DNA of 64,000 nucleotides from Eledone cirrhosa. Its lineage: Eukaryota. Position numbers and translations under genes: made by a program. Position 1 is the first letter of the stretch. Every line of letters starts with the position of its first letter. The DNA lies in the NCBI GenBank assembly GCA_964016885.1, contig OZ024742.1:208010001-208074000 (forward strand). The letters are read 5' to 3'. Positions 1 through 12,155 of the stretch are shown one piece after another. A model generated the notes under the pieces. It was given only the letters and a program-made list of their open reading frames with translations, was not told the origin of the DNA and searched no databases.

Positions 1-340
1 AGGATCAATTTCCTGAGATTACGTATTGCCGATTGCCTAAATTCAAGGAATGAACTTTTTTCACGTTATCCACACGCGTGGAAACACCTATTGGATAAAG
101 CTCCAGAATGACTAACATGAACAATCTAATATCCTGACTAACTCAAGTAATTTATTCCGGACATCCCTTAAATCGGTCAATCGTGGGATTACATCGCCCA
201 GGAGAAGTGACCGTTTCTGCGAATGCGTAGTCGTACGGTTGTTTTTCCTTTTCCGTACAACTTCATTCAGACCGAGTTGAAGATCCACATAAGGTGAAAC
301 ATTTGTTCTCGGTATGGTGAACTAACTGTTGTGGATCTAC

Positions 341-342
<2 letters not shown>
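1..342 (+). mobile_element. 3' end of a Penelope-like element (EN C-terminus + pLTR), same lineage as 13596-16520
   Basis: nt 1-111 translate RINFLRLRIADCLNSRNELFSRYPHAWKHLLDKAPE*, matching RITILKRLRNIDCLNTRYEFLTRCPHVAKHLLHNYKAPD* of ORF 13830..14846. nt 271-342 match the reverse complement of 13596-13667. Confidence 0.85.
271..313 (+). ncRNA. minimal type I hammerhead ribozyme motif (C3U core variant)
   Basis: ACCGAG-UUGAAGA-UCCACAUAAGGU-GAAAC-AUUU-GUU/CUCGGU. Helix I ACCGAG/CUCGGU, GAAA core, predicted GUU cleavage triplet. Confidence 0.7.
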
Positions 343-423
<81 letters not shown>

Positions 424-545
424 TCTCTCTCTCTCTCTCTCTTTATATATATATATATATAAAAAGAGAGAGAGAGAGGGAGAGAGAGAGAGAGAGAGAA
501 GTAGATCCACAACAGTTAGTTCACCATACCGAGAACAAATGTTTC

Positions 546-552
<7 letters not shown>
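289..552. repeat. fold-back: PLE terminus + (CT)n + (TA)n + (AG)n + inverted PLE terminus
   Basis: 289-342 is the reverse complement of 499-552. The intervening microsatellites mirror each other around a central (TA)n. Confidence 0.95.
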
Positions 553-590
<38 letters not shown>

Positions 591-592
<2 letters not shown>

Positions 593-855
593 TATAGAGT
601 AAAGCATGTCCAGAGAATTATTTGATAATATATATACATCATCTCTACTCCCAATCAGCACAATTAACCACACAAAAAAATCAATTAGACCAGGCTATAA
701 GAATAAAAGGCATCTATGAAGAAACAGTAAATAAATACGCTATCGTGGCGTCTTCGCGTGCAACAGCTTTTATTAATTCTCCATTGAGCCACATCGTGAA
801 AAGTTGCAAAAACACATATATACCTGTGACTTTGTTTAATTGGTGTATATGTAAA

Positions 856-860
<5 letters not shown>
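591..860 (+). mobile_element. unclassified dispersed repeat flanked by (TA)n; second copy at ~57300-57535 (-)
   Basis: AATCAATTAGACCAGGCTATAAGA-TAAAAGGCATCTATGAAGAAA and its upstream flank are shared with the reverse complement of 57390-57535. Confidence 0.7.
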
Positions 861-903
<43 letters not shown>

Positions 904-907
<4 letters not shown>

Positions 908-1432
908 TTTTTGAAGCCTTAACAATGCAGATGGGTAAATCTCCTGGTAACAGAATCAGCTGTGGTAATGAGAGAGAGAGAGATGTAAGAGGAAGTGTAG
1001 AAAGAGACATAGAGAGCGTAAAAGAGCGTGGGAAAAGTGTAAAAATAATAACACGAGGTAGAGTTACTTTGGAAGTCATTTAATTGTCCCTATATTTCGC
1101 ATTTCACATCCATCAACTGGCGGTTTTCGAGGGGTAAAATGTTGTGTTGTAGAAGGACAACACGTGGCCTTCATTGTTTATCGTGTCCGTACAACTGAAA
1201 TACTTTATCGGGCGCGTGAGTGCGCGGAAATGTTGCGGTTGGATAAAGTTCGCAGCAGTTCTGCTGTACTAGAGTAGTGTGGTGGTGGTGGGTTAGTGTG
1301 AAAGTATCATCGCTGTCAAATCTTTGCGTTCTGTCACTGGTAGTGGGGACAATGGCAGGCATGGTGATAGTAGTCTGCGGTAGTCTGCCCGGAGCTTTTC
1401 CCATCAGCATCGTTGAGGCTTCCAAAAAGTCT
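904..1432. repeat. diverged ~45-bp inverted repeats enclosing ~430 bp
   Basis: CTTTTTTGAAGCCTTAACAATGCAGATGGGTAAATCTCCTGG (906-947) vs the reverse complement of 1387-1430, CTTTTTGGAAGCCTCAACGATGCTGATGGGAAAAGCTCCGGG. Confidence 0.65.
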
Positions 1433-1476
1433 AATTTTATTATTGCACAATGCTTCAAGCAAAATTCAATACTCTG

Positions 1477-1541
<65 letters not shown>

Positions 1542-1552
1542 TACATACATAC

Positions 1553-1586
<34 letters not shown>

Positions 1587-1722
1587 ATCCCGGGTTCATT
1601 CGGGGGGCAGCCACAGTATGTAAGGTACTCAATACATAGCACAGTAAAGATGTTTAATATAAAAATGGCTTCTACAGGACTAGAACTGTTTTCATTCAAA
1701 GGAAATCATCAGGGCAGTTGTC
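1587..1722 (-). mobile_element. PLE pLTR-like fragment with hammerhead-like core; homologous to 13181-13310 (+)
   Basis: The minus strand reads CTGATGA-TTTC-CTTT-GAAT-GAAAACAGTTCTAGTCCTGTAGAA...ATGTATTGAGTACCTTAC-TACTGTGG, shared with 13183-13285. Confidence 0.7.
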
Positions 1723-1890
1723 TGACAATGTGAAATGGTAGTTTGTATGAATACCACCATACAACATTGACACTCGGAATTTTCATGAACGATGATGATG
1801 ATGATGATCATCATCATGATGATCATGATGATCATGATGACGTCCAATATTCACAGTTTTTCACTCTTCCCGAATACCGGGGGATAACTG

Positions 1891-1959
<69 letters not shown>

Positions 1960-2004
1960 TTGTGTGTGTGTGTGTGTGTGGTGTGTGTGTGTGTGTACGG
2001 TGAT

Positions 2005-2740
2005 GAATTTGTTTTGCAATGTTTGTGATATGAAATCGAGTGTTGAAACAAATATTGTTATATTTGGGGAGGATCATATTGTTATAATATTGCCAGAAAT
2101 AATAATAGAACACTCTCACTATTTGGTTTGGTTTTCGCTTCTGTATCTTTTATATCTCCATAGTTAATTTAGCTGGCTATCAATGTTTATCATTGAATGA
2201 CCAACCGTTAAAAATATAGATGTAGATATGTATATATAGTCTATCAAAGTATTCCATCACTCACCAGTGACATCATTAGTGGCACTATTATGTTTCCTCC
2301 CGTTGTAGTGTAATGTCTATTCTATATTTATTTATTTATTTAATTATTCTTGTCAATGTTTGAGCATGCGTTTGTGTGTGTGTTTTCTGTTTGCTGTGTA
2401 TTTTGTCTGATTCTGTGTGTATTTGTATTATGTCTATGCTCACTAGTGTGTGTTCATGTGCGGTTGTTGTTATTGTACCTGTGTATATTCATTTATATTT
2501 ATTTTAAGTGACTATCGTGCATTTGTGCATGGTTGTTGTTGTTATTCCATTCATTTTTTTCTGTTCAACTTTGGTTTTCTTAGTTCTATTTCAGTTGCTT
2601 CCCTACTTTATGTAACTGTTGAGTCATTTCTATGTTATCTTAATTTCTATGTTGTCTATATTCCCATCATATCTTAGTCTGATGTGTTCATATAGCACGG
2701 ACCCGTCTTTTTAGTTCACCCCATTATTGGATGTGCGTCT
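2005..2740 (-). mobile_element. degenerate PLE 3' end (GIY-YIG C-terminus + terminus), same family as 27839-29617
   Basis: The reverse complement of 2530-2730 aligns with 28848-29060 (GGGAACTAAAA..GGGTC..CTATATGAACA..ATAGACAACATAGAAATTA..AATGAATGGAATAACAACAAC). 2030-2160 matches the terminal repeat at 27839-27940 and 29470-29600. Confidence 0.8.
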
Positions 2741-2809
2741 ACTTGGTTTTAGGATGTCAGTCTTAAAAAGAAAGTATGCTCAATGCTCACGTGATGATGT
2801 GGACTGACA

Positions 2810-3100
2810 TCCTAAAACAAAGTAGTCGCACAGCCAATAATTTCCTCGCCTTTAACAACGATATACCAACCCTCTATTAGCTCTGAAAAGACCATCAAAC
2901 AACTAGCAACCCTATGACAGCACCACATATAAGACCTGAATGCGGAGCCAATATTGCTAGCAACTACAGGATCTGCTACTTCCTCTTTATGATTGTACAC
3001 ACCATAATTAAGATGTCCCCAGATGTACGTGACAGCACACAGGACATCCTCAGCAGAATCAATGACTACAACTACTCCAAAGACTTGACAAACTGCATAA
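2810..3100 (+). pseudogene. PLE reverse transcriptase N-terminal/fingers relic, inverted relative to the adjacent 3' fragment
   Basis: Translates IPTLY*L*KDHQ...HIRPECGANIASN...VRDSTQDILSRINDYN, resembling PLE motifs P.LY.L.KDHK...RPVC.A...STEDML. Confidence 0.6.
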
Positions 3101-3290
3101 TATATAATAATAGATATATATCACGCCATTAAGTATGAAATGACCGGGTTAATTAGCGTTAGCTGTCTGATGTAGGTTGTGTCTGCTCGCATTAGAATGC
3201 CCATGCTTTGGTATCCATAACAACACATCGCTGACAATTTCTTCCTTTACACTGCAGCAGTACTGAATATGTTGTTGCTTGGAGGAATCT

Positions 3291-5960
3291 GGTTTCGGGT
3301 TCAGGTTCCAGTTCAGGTTCAGGTTCAGTTTCGGGTTCTTGGACTATTTTTTTATTGGGGGGGTCCGTTTTTTATTCAGGGGCTCCATTTTTTATTGGTG
3401 AGGTGGTCCGTTTTTTTTTATTTCAGGGTGTCGATTTTCTATAGGGTAGTGAGTTCTTTATAGGAGGGGGTCCGTTTTTTTATTGGGATGTCTTTTTTTT
3501 AGGGGTGGGATTTTTAAGAGGTCCTTTTTTATTTTAGTCGCACCAGGGTCGTTTTTTTTTCTATTTTGGGCACAGTGAGTGTCATTTTTTTTATTTTCAG
3601 TACATCGGGGGCCCCATTTTTTATTTGATGCGAAACGGGGTGTCGCTTTTATTTTGGGCGCATCGGTGGGTCCGTTTTTATTCTGGGCGCATCGGCGGGT
3701 CCGCTTTTTTTTAGTTTGGGCGCAGCGTGGGGTCCGTCTTTATATTAGGTGCAGCGGGGGAGTCCACCTTTTAATTAGGAGGGTCCGTTTTTGATTTTTC
3801 CGCAGCGGTGGATCCGTTTCTTTTCATCTTGGGTGCCGTGGGAGCTCCGTTTTTTTTAAATATTGGGCGAAACGGCGGTTCCGCTTTCTATTAAAGGGAG
3901 GTGTTTATTTTTCCTGGGGGAGGGGCGCAGTGGAAGTTCGTTCTTTTTATTTTTTGTGCTTGCAGCAGAGGAGTCGGCGTTTTAATTGGGGCGCTGTGTG
4001 GGGACCGTTTCTTATATTGGATGCATTGGGGAGGGCGTTTTTTCATATTGGAGGAATTGGGGGACCATTTTCAACTTTGGGCTCAGCGGGGGGGGGGGGG
4101 GTCCACTTTTTATTGGGAATCCGTTATTTAATTTGGTCGCAGTGGAGAGTTTGCTTGTTGGGGAGTGTGTGAAGTAGTGGGTTCGATTTTTATTTAGAGG
4201 TGGAATGGGGACTGTTTTACATTGGGCGCATTAGGAGTCCTTTTTTTATTTTGGTCACCAGTGGTCTGTTTTTATTTGGGCGCAACGGGATTCCTTTCTT
4301 TTGGACACTAACAGCTGCGTCTTTTTTATTTTAGACGCAAGGAAGGGGGTTCCTTTCGTATATTGGATGCATCAAGTGTTCCGTGTTTTATTTTGTGCGC
4401 AGTAGAGTGCCACTTTTTTATTTTTGGCGTTTTTTAGGGGGGTGGAGGGGGCGCAATAGTGGGTCCATTTCATATTTTCTGCGCAGCAGGCGTCCGTTTT
4501 TATTTTGGGTGCAGCAGAGTTCAGTTTATTTGGACGCAGCGGGGATCCGCTTTTTATATTGGCCGCATGGGGTTGAGTACGTTTTTATTTGTAGCACAGT
4601 GGGGGTTCCGTTTTACATTTTAGGTTCATCGACGGGGCGGTATTTTTCCGACGACAAGGGAGTGCGTTTTTTTCTGTTTTTGACGCAAGGGTGGTCCGTT
4701 TTTTATAATGGGAACATCGAAGGGTGCATGTATTATTTGGGGCGAGGCGAGGGAACTGTTTTTTTTTATTTTGGGCGCACTGGGATCACCTTTTTTTATT
4801 TGGGGCTCAGAGGCAGGTCCGCTTTTATATCAGAGGTCCATTATTTATTTTGGGAGCAGCGGGAGTGGGGTTTTTCTATCGGTGAATCGGGGGAGCCACT
4901 ATTTTTTTGGGGGAACAGCGGGTGGTACAGATTTTGGGGGTAGGGGGGCGCATCGTAGCTCCGTGCGTTATATTGGGTGAAGCGGCCGGTCTACCTCCTA
5001 TTAAGGGGGGGGGGGGGGGGGTTTCGTGCGGTAGGGAGGCGCTACAGGATGTCCGCTTAATTTTATTTTCGGCTCAGCAGGATGTCCGTTTGGTTTTGTT
5101 CATTTTTTTATTTTGGGCGAAGTGGGGATTCCTTTCTTTTGGACCCTAAGAGCTGCGTCTTTTTTATTTTAGACGCAAGGAAGGGGGTCCCTTTCGTATA
5201 TTGGATGCATCAAGTGTTCCGTGTTTTATTTTGTGCGCAGTAGAGTGTCACTTTTTTTATTTTTGGCGTTTTTTAGGGGGGTGGGAGGGGGCGCAATAGT
5301 GGGTCCATTTCATATTTTCTGCGCAGCAAGCGTCCGTTTTTATTTTGGGTGCAGCAGAGTTCAGTTTATTTGGACGCAGCGGGGATCCGTTTTTTTATAT
5401 TGGGCGCATGGGGGTGAGTACGTTTTTATTTGGAGCACAGTGGGGGTTCCGTCTTTCATTTTAGGTTCATCGACGGGGCGGTATCTTTCGGACGACAAGG
5501 GAGTAAGTTTTTTTCTGTTTTTGACTTAAGGGTGGTCCGTTTTATATAATGGGAACATCGAAGGGTGCATGTATTATTTGGGGCGAGGCGAGGGAACTGT
5601 TTTTTTTTATTTTGGGCGCACTGGGATCACCTTTTTTTATTTGGGGCTCAGAGGCAGGTCCGCTTTTTTATCAGAGGTCCGTTATTTATTTTGGGTACAG
5701 CGGGAGTGGAGTTTTTCTATCGGTGAATCGGGGGGGCCACTATTTTATTTGGGAACAGCGGGTGGTACGGTTTTTTGGGGGGTGGCGGTGCATCGTAGAT
5801 CCGTGCTTTATATTGGGTGAAGCGGCCGGTCTACCTCCTATTAAGGGGGGGGGGTTCGGGCGGTAGGGAGGCGCTACAGGATGTCCGTTTAATTTTATTT
5901 TCGGCTCAGCAGGATGTCCGTTTGGTTTTGTTCATTTTTTAATTTTGGGCGAAGTGGGCT
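3291..5960. repeat. diverged ~28-31-nt G/T-rich minisatellite array with an ~838-bp higher-order duplication
   Basis: Recurrent unit close to TTTTATTTTGGGCGCAGCGGGGGTCCG. ~4270-5110 is repeated at ~5110-5960 (offset 838, e.g. 4383 vs 5221). A short (GGTTCA)n-like run lies at 3291-3338. Confidence 0.9.
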
Positions 5961-6901
5961 CTATCCATTTTCCCGATCTCATTAGCTAGACAAGGAAGGT
6001 GTGTATAAATATAGTAAAGAAGAAATGGTAATTATGCTGGTTATAGATATTAAGTGATAGCTTTAATCATGGCCTTGTAGTGTAGTCCTCGTTCGATATT
6101 TGATGGGAGTTAAATAATAGGGTTGTGAAGGAAGAACAGATGTAGAAAAAAGAAGCTGAGAGGTGAGTTTCAGAATATAAATGGAAGCTATCACTGTAAT
6201 TATCACAGGAATAATGCACCCAAGCTGGTCATTGCACGCGCTTCTATGCATATGATATTATATATACTAGCAGAAAAACCACCCTTCAGGTGGTTTTCTG
6301 CTATCATGTGTAGTGTGTATATTGATATTATACGCAAGTATATATACATGTAGGTATGGTACATCAAATAAAATCGTAATTGACAATATAAACAGAAATT
6401 GAACGAAGACGTTGTTACACTGTCTTATGTAATCAGTAACGTAATCCATGATACATTAAAAAAAGACGATATTATATATAAACTGCATTAAGATAAAAAT
6501 TAGTGACAGAAAATTAGTATGTTTATTTAAGTGATCGCCACCTCTTAGTGTTGTCTGAAATGTATAGCCTTACACACGCTGATAAACCTGGGTTATTTCA
6601 TTTCTGTCAACAACTTACTGGCGAACAGTTCACTTTGGATTTGTACGTGTGTTATATAGTTATAGAGTATTTATTTACGCTTTAATTTATATTTTTAATT
6701 ATCGTGTCTATACTCTGCCTTTCATAGGTTATAGATTCCATACACTGGTGGTTTTTCCCTGTTTTATTGATAGCGCACTGTATCTCTCTCTAGGGTGTTA
6801 TCTTTTCAACATATTGTATTTTAAAGAGCTCAGGACTTCCTCTCATTTGAGCATATTATTTACAGGGAACGGCGAGAGTCTATGGCTCCGTTAATGTATC
6901 G

Positions 6902-6942
<41 letters not shown>

Positions 6943-7432
6943 AAGAGTGAAGAATAACATACATGGTGTCATGTCATCAGTACAAAAAGGTTTTTTTTAT
7001 CATTTATTTTGTTTTGACCTGTTTAGCTTGATTTTGGCTTAGGTGGTTGATGCTTTCTTGACCACTTTTTCAGTTTTGTATGGCCGTTTAACATATTGTT
7101 TAGCTCTGTTTTTTTTTTAACTATGGAGCGCTTGCCAGCATTATTTCCGAATTTTGCGTACCGTTTCGCCTTTTCTACCCCCCGAAATGCGATTCTCGCT
7201 GAATTTATATTTGTATTTATATGTATATATATATATATATATATAGTATAAAAGAGAAAACACAGGTAAGCATTAAGAGAAGGATTTTATCCAGGTATTT
7301 ACGACCGCTTCATTGGTAAGTGCAACCTTATATTGCTATACTGCAAGTTACCCTTAACCGTGCGTTGAAACCATTCATGAAACTGGCTTTCTTAACCACG
7401 AACTGAATCACAAAAAGCAATTTTCTGCTTCC

Positions 7433-7474
<42 letters not shown>

Positions 7475-7854
7475 GTGTGTGTGTGTATTTATATATTCGT
7501 TGAAAAACAGGAACATCCAACTACAACCAATCAGAGAATTCTACATGTCATAGATAACTTTGACAACCAAATGTCAAATGTCCATTCGTCGATGGAGACG
7601 AAATCCAATTAGCTAAGCCAAAACTGGCACTTTCATAAAATTTTCAACAAACTTACTGCATTCCACTTTAAACTTATTCTTCTGGTGTTATGTTGTGGCC
7701 ATGAAAATTTGTAATATAAATACAATGCCAGAAGCTTATTTTATTGAACTCCTTCTGAAAGCTGAAAGCCGAATCGACCTCGGGAGGATTTTATCTCAGG
7801 GTGCAGAACTTCCCAAATCTACTTATCTAAACCATCAAGAATAAAAATAATGGT

Positions 7855-8030
7855 CCCTCATGTAGGTACAAGGCCAACAATTTTATGGGAGGGGTAAGTC
7901 AATTAAATCGACACGATATTTTATCCTTTCGGGGTCGATAAAATAAAGTACTAGTAACGCACTGGGATCGATTTAATCGATTTTCCTCTCACCCCAAATT
8001 TGTGGCCTTGCGTCTAAATCTGAAATCCTC
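7855..8030. mobile_element. two oppositely oriented fragments of the tRNA-derived SINE
   Basis: ATCCTTTCGGGGTCGATAAAATAAAGTACTAG...GGCCTTG on +, preceded by an inverted tail fragment CAAGGCCAACAATT. Confidence 0.7.
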
Positions 8031-8499
8031 AAGAATGAAAATGATGACAATTATCTTTTTATTGTTAGTGTTATTTTCAATGTTGGCTTAGTCGTTTAAA
8101 TCCACCGTCGTAATATATTACCGATACTTACACCCTCGACCTCAGATGAATCGCATTTTGAAATGGGATTTACAGTCACAAAAAGAGTAGCAGAGACAGC
8201 AGCAATTGTGAAGAAATGGATAGCAGAAAAAGTATGCGGATCAATGTTTTATTATCTCGATCCTACTTCCACCGCCCGTTTTCTTCCTTAGAATATGTAC
8301 ACAAGTTGTAATTAATCGAATCCAAATTCCATTCACGTTTAAAATCTCCAGTAAATGCGATTCTTTACATTTAAATCAGCTGGCTTCATTATACTATCGA
8401 TGGGACAACATTTGGTTGGTGATATCAATATCTCAAATATAAGCACCACACAGACAGATTAGTAAATGTGAAACAACATCTTCCTATTGCATTGTGGGT

Positions 8500-8801
8500 T
8501 GTAGTGAGGATTAGGGAAGTAGAGAAAGAATAATAGGGTAGAAAATGAGAAAAAAGAGGGAGAGAAAGAAAAGGAATAAAAAAGAAAAGCGAATAGGAAA
8601 TGGAAAAAAAATGAAAGATAATAAATAGTAAAAGCGATAGAGAGAGAAAGAGGGAGAGACAATGAAAGATAATAAATAGTAAGAGCGATAGAGAGAGAAA
8701 GAGGGAGAGGGGAGAGACAATGAAAGAACGTTTACAACAATGAATGAAAGTGTGAAATAATGAATGTAAAAATGAGTGAATAAATGAGAGAAAGAGCGAG
8801 A

Positions 8802-8879
<78 letters not shown>

Positions 8880-9728
8880 GAGAGGGGGAATAATGCAAGA
8901 TAATCGGAATGAATGAAAACGAGAGAAAACACTTTGACTGAATAGGATGAAGAGGAGAGAGTGAAAGAGAAAGATAAAGAGAAGACGTCTGTGAGAGAGA
9001 GAGAGAAAATGAATGAAAAAAGAAGCGAAGAATGTGTTATTGTGAGAAAGGGAGAAGGAGAGAGAGATGAATGAAAAACAAAGCGATAGACAGATATTGT
9101 GTGTGCATGAGATAGATAAATAGTTAGAGAGAGATAGCAAGGTAGAGAGAGGGGGGGGAAGAGAGAATGAATGGTCTTAAAGAACGGTATAAAGTGAATA
9201 TACAAAAGATAGGGAGAAAGAGAGAGGTAAAAAATAAGGCCAGAAAGTTGTTAGAGGAAACAAAGTTAAAAACAATGCTGATGCGAATCAAAGATTAAGC
9301 AAGAGAGGGAGAAAGATGTAAAAGAGGAGGTGGAGTGAGATACAGATATGCCAGAAGGGGGTGCAGTTTAGGGAAATTAGAGATGATGTTGTGGAAGAAG
9401 TAAATAGAAAGAAGATAGGAAGAGTGAAGAAGGGTAAGCGAGAATGTGTGTGGGGGGGGATGTTAGAGTAGCATAATTAAGATGAGGGGGAGAGATAATT
9501 GAGTAAAGGAGATAGATCAAAGAGAGAAAGAGAGAAAATTGACAAAAAGCATTGTACGAAAGAGACAGGAGAAGAAAGTAATAGAAAGAAGATGAGTCGG
9601 GTAGAGTGAAGTTGCGAGAGCAAGTAAGTGGAGGTTGGAAGTAAGAGATATATTGTAGAAACAGATGTGTACAGTGAAAATGATAGAGGGTGTAATGGAA
9701 GGAAGAGAATAGCGGAACTAGAGATGCT

Positions 9729-9745
<17 letters not shown>
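8500..9745. repeat. purine-rich (GA)n low-complexity tract including a ~50-bp tandem duplication (~8610-8725)
   Basis: (GA)n runs; GAAAGATAATAAATAGTAA-AGCGATAGAGAGAGAAAGAGGGAGAG is repeated. Confidence 0.85.
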
Positions 9746-9763
<18 letters not shown>

Positions 9764-9820
9764 GGGTGTATGTCTGTGTATGTGTATGTTTATAGGTGTG
9801 AGTGAGTATGTATGTTTCTG

Positions 9821-9873
<53 letters not shown>

Positions 9874-10559
9874 AATATATATATATATATATACACATAT
9901 GTGTAAATATATGTATATACACAAAATAAGAATTAGAAATGCATTGGGTTCTTGACGTTCGTTTGATGGTTCCAATCCCGAAAACTCTAGAGTTACTATT
10001 TTGTATAGTGGCGGTGACAGTGGTCGATTGCGGCCATGAAAAGGAATATGAACGGAAAAGAAGAGACCTGATAAGAGAACAATAGACGTTTTGATTGATG
10101 GACGGCCATAAAAGGAAGGAAATGGAAATCAAGAAGCGCCGAATAAACGATAAACAAGGAAATAAATAAATATATAAAAGGAACCAAGAAATTAGCACGA
10201 GAGAGAGAGGGTGCGTGAATTTAGGGTGAGAGAATAAGCAGAAAGCACGAAAAATAAAATGAAACGTCAGATAGAGACAGTGATTTTGAAGGAAAGAGAG
10301 AGTGAGCGTGAAAAGTACATAAACAGAGAGGGACTGTGAGAGAGAAAGAAAAATAGAAAGAGAAAGATTGAGATGGAAACAAAAAGAGAAACGGAGGGCA
10401 GAAATATATATGGAAAAAAATGGAGGGAGTGAGAGGAAGAGATTGGGAGGGTATGGAAGTGAGAGAAAAACCAAAAGAATGTGTGAAAACCAAAAGAATT
10501 TATTTGTTAATCGAAGAAAAGAAAAAGAAAGACTGATTTAAGCTATGTTCGGGTCTAAG

Positions 10560-11450
10560 CACTCGTTGTAGTGGAATGAACGTTAGGTGTGTGTATGTCT
10601 ATGTTAACCACTGAGTCTGTTGTTGATGAGGGCTTTGTGTTTTGCTATTAGCATTGATTATTTGACTCTGAGATGACCAATAACTGCTATACATGTATCT
10701 GTATGTTCTTTGACACGGCTTCCAATACAAAATCTGCCTTATATATCACATTGGATACGGGTACCACGTATGTCCGGTGGTAAATGTCCCTGTTGTGTAT
10801 GGGGCAGATCGCTTGCGAGCATTGGTTATTGTCAATATGAAGCCGTTCTTTTTTTTATAAGCATGTATCCAGTGAATGGACAGAGGTGGCTAACTATATA
10901 TCAGATCCCTGCCTGCAGGTAGCCATGGTTATCCTTTTATTGAAATGTGGCAAATTCAGAAAACATGTATTGGAAGAGGTCATTTGTTTCCTAGGCTTAG
11001 GGCTCTGATGACGACTGTGGGAGAATGTTGAATATATGTTGGCTTCTAGCACTTTTTAAAATGGGTTATATAAAGGAACCGCTATTCTATCTTATTTCAG
11101 GCTAGTGTGAGATCATTCCGTGTGTAGCACTCAAGGGAAGTGTTGATTTGTAATGTACAAACTGGTCTCTTCAGGCAGCTTTTCTGTAAAGGTTGGTGTG
11201 AATGTCACATTCTTCTGGTATGTTTTGTTGGAAATATAGCAGGCGTAGTGATGCAGAGTCATCGAGCTGTACTATGCTGAATCATATGTTATCATCTATG
11301 CTCGAGATGTTCCGAATGTTTTCTCATCGGCATATCTGATGAAGAAGTCACACAATCAGTTGGGGATGAGCAGTTGATGTTGGTTCATATAAGTGATGGT
11401 CAGTAGACCTGAGAGGGTGGATCAAATAGGTAGACCTGCTGTTTGCTTGG
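10560..11450 (-). pseudogene. highly decayed PLE RT-thumb(-EN) relic
   Basis: The minus strand gives KQTAGLPI*STLSGLLTITYMN...FFIRYADE (RT motifs B' and C), then HTNLYRKAA*RDQFVHYKSTLP (PLE thumb YRK..F.H..S.LP). Confidence 0.7.
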
Positions 11451-11794
11451 AAATTAAAGTAGATATTTTCAAAAAAAGACAAACTGTGAAGCAATTTCCT
11501 AACATAGTTTTTATCATCATATTTTCAACATTTAGTAGTACCGTTCAAATAACACTCTTTTCTACGTTTTACACCATGCTCCAAGCTAAGCTCTTAGCAA
11601 TGATATTTTTTTTTTTTCATATCGTCGAACTCTAGAAAAGGAAGAAACTACATCTATTCAGTGTTGGCAGAAAAGTAGAATAAATTTTACATCGGGAAGA
11701 GTAGGCTATTGTGCCGAACCCCTTGTTAGAGAAACAACAAATGTTAACTGCTTTTTTATTTCACCCAGATTCAATTTTTATCTATTATTATTTC

Positions 11795-12155
11795 TGTCGA
11801 TTAGCAGTATCGGTAGAGGGTCGGACGTCATGCTTTGTCGCATAGAGTTACAGCCCTTTTCATTCTGAGTTCAAATCCATCCTTATGGTGTCGATAAAAT
11901 AAAGTACCAGTATTGCACTGGGTAATTGCTGGCCTTGTGCCAAAAGTAGAAACAATTATTTAATTGTGGATTGGCAGTATCGGTAGAGAGTCGGAGGTCG
12001 TGCTATGCGGTTTAGAGTTACGGCCCTTTACGGTCTGTGCTTAATTCCCGTCGAGGTTAATTTTGACTTCATCCTTACGGGGGCGATAAAATAAAGTACC
12101 AGTAATGCACTGGGATAATTGCTGGCCTTCTACCAAAAGTAGAAACAATTATTTA
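11795..12155 (+). mobile_element. two tandem tRNA-derived SINE copies (~11795-11962, ~11966-12155)
   Basis: A-box-like TGGCAGTATCGG, B-box-like GAGTTCAAATCC, central TTCATCCTTACGGGGTCGATAAAATAAAGTACCAG (resembles the Nin/Deu-type SINE domain), tail GGCCTTGTGCCAAAAGTAGAAACAATTATT. Confidence 0.85.

Noticed and set aside
3340-5960. CRISPR-like appearance of regularly spaced units
   Set aside because: Units are contiguous diverged monomers without unique spacers, there are no cas genes, and the context is eukaryotic.
11800-11880. tRNA gene
   Set aside because: A and B boxes belong to a multi-copy SINE head; no cloverleaf.
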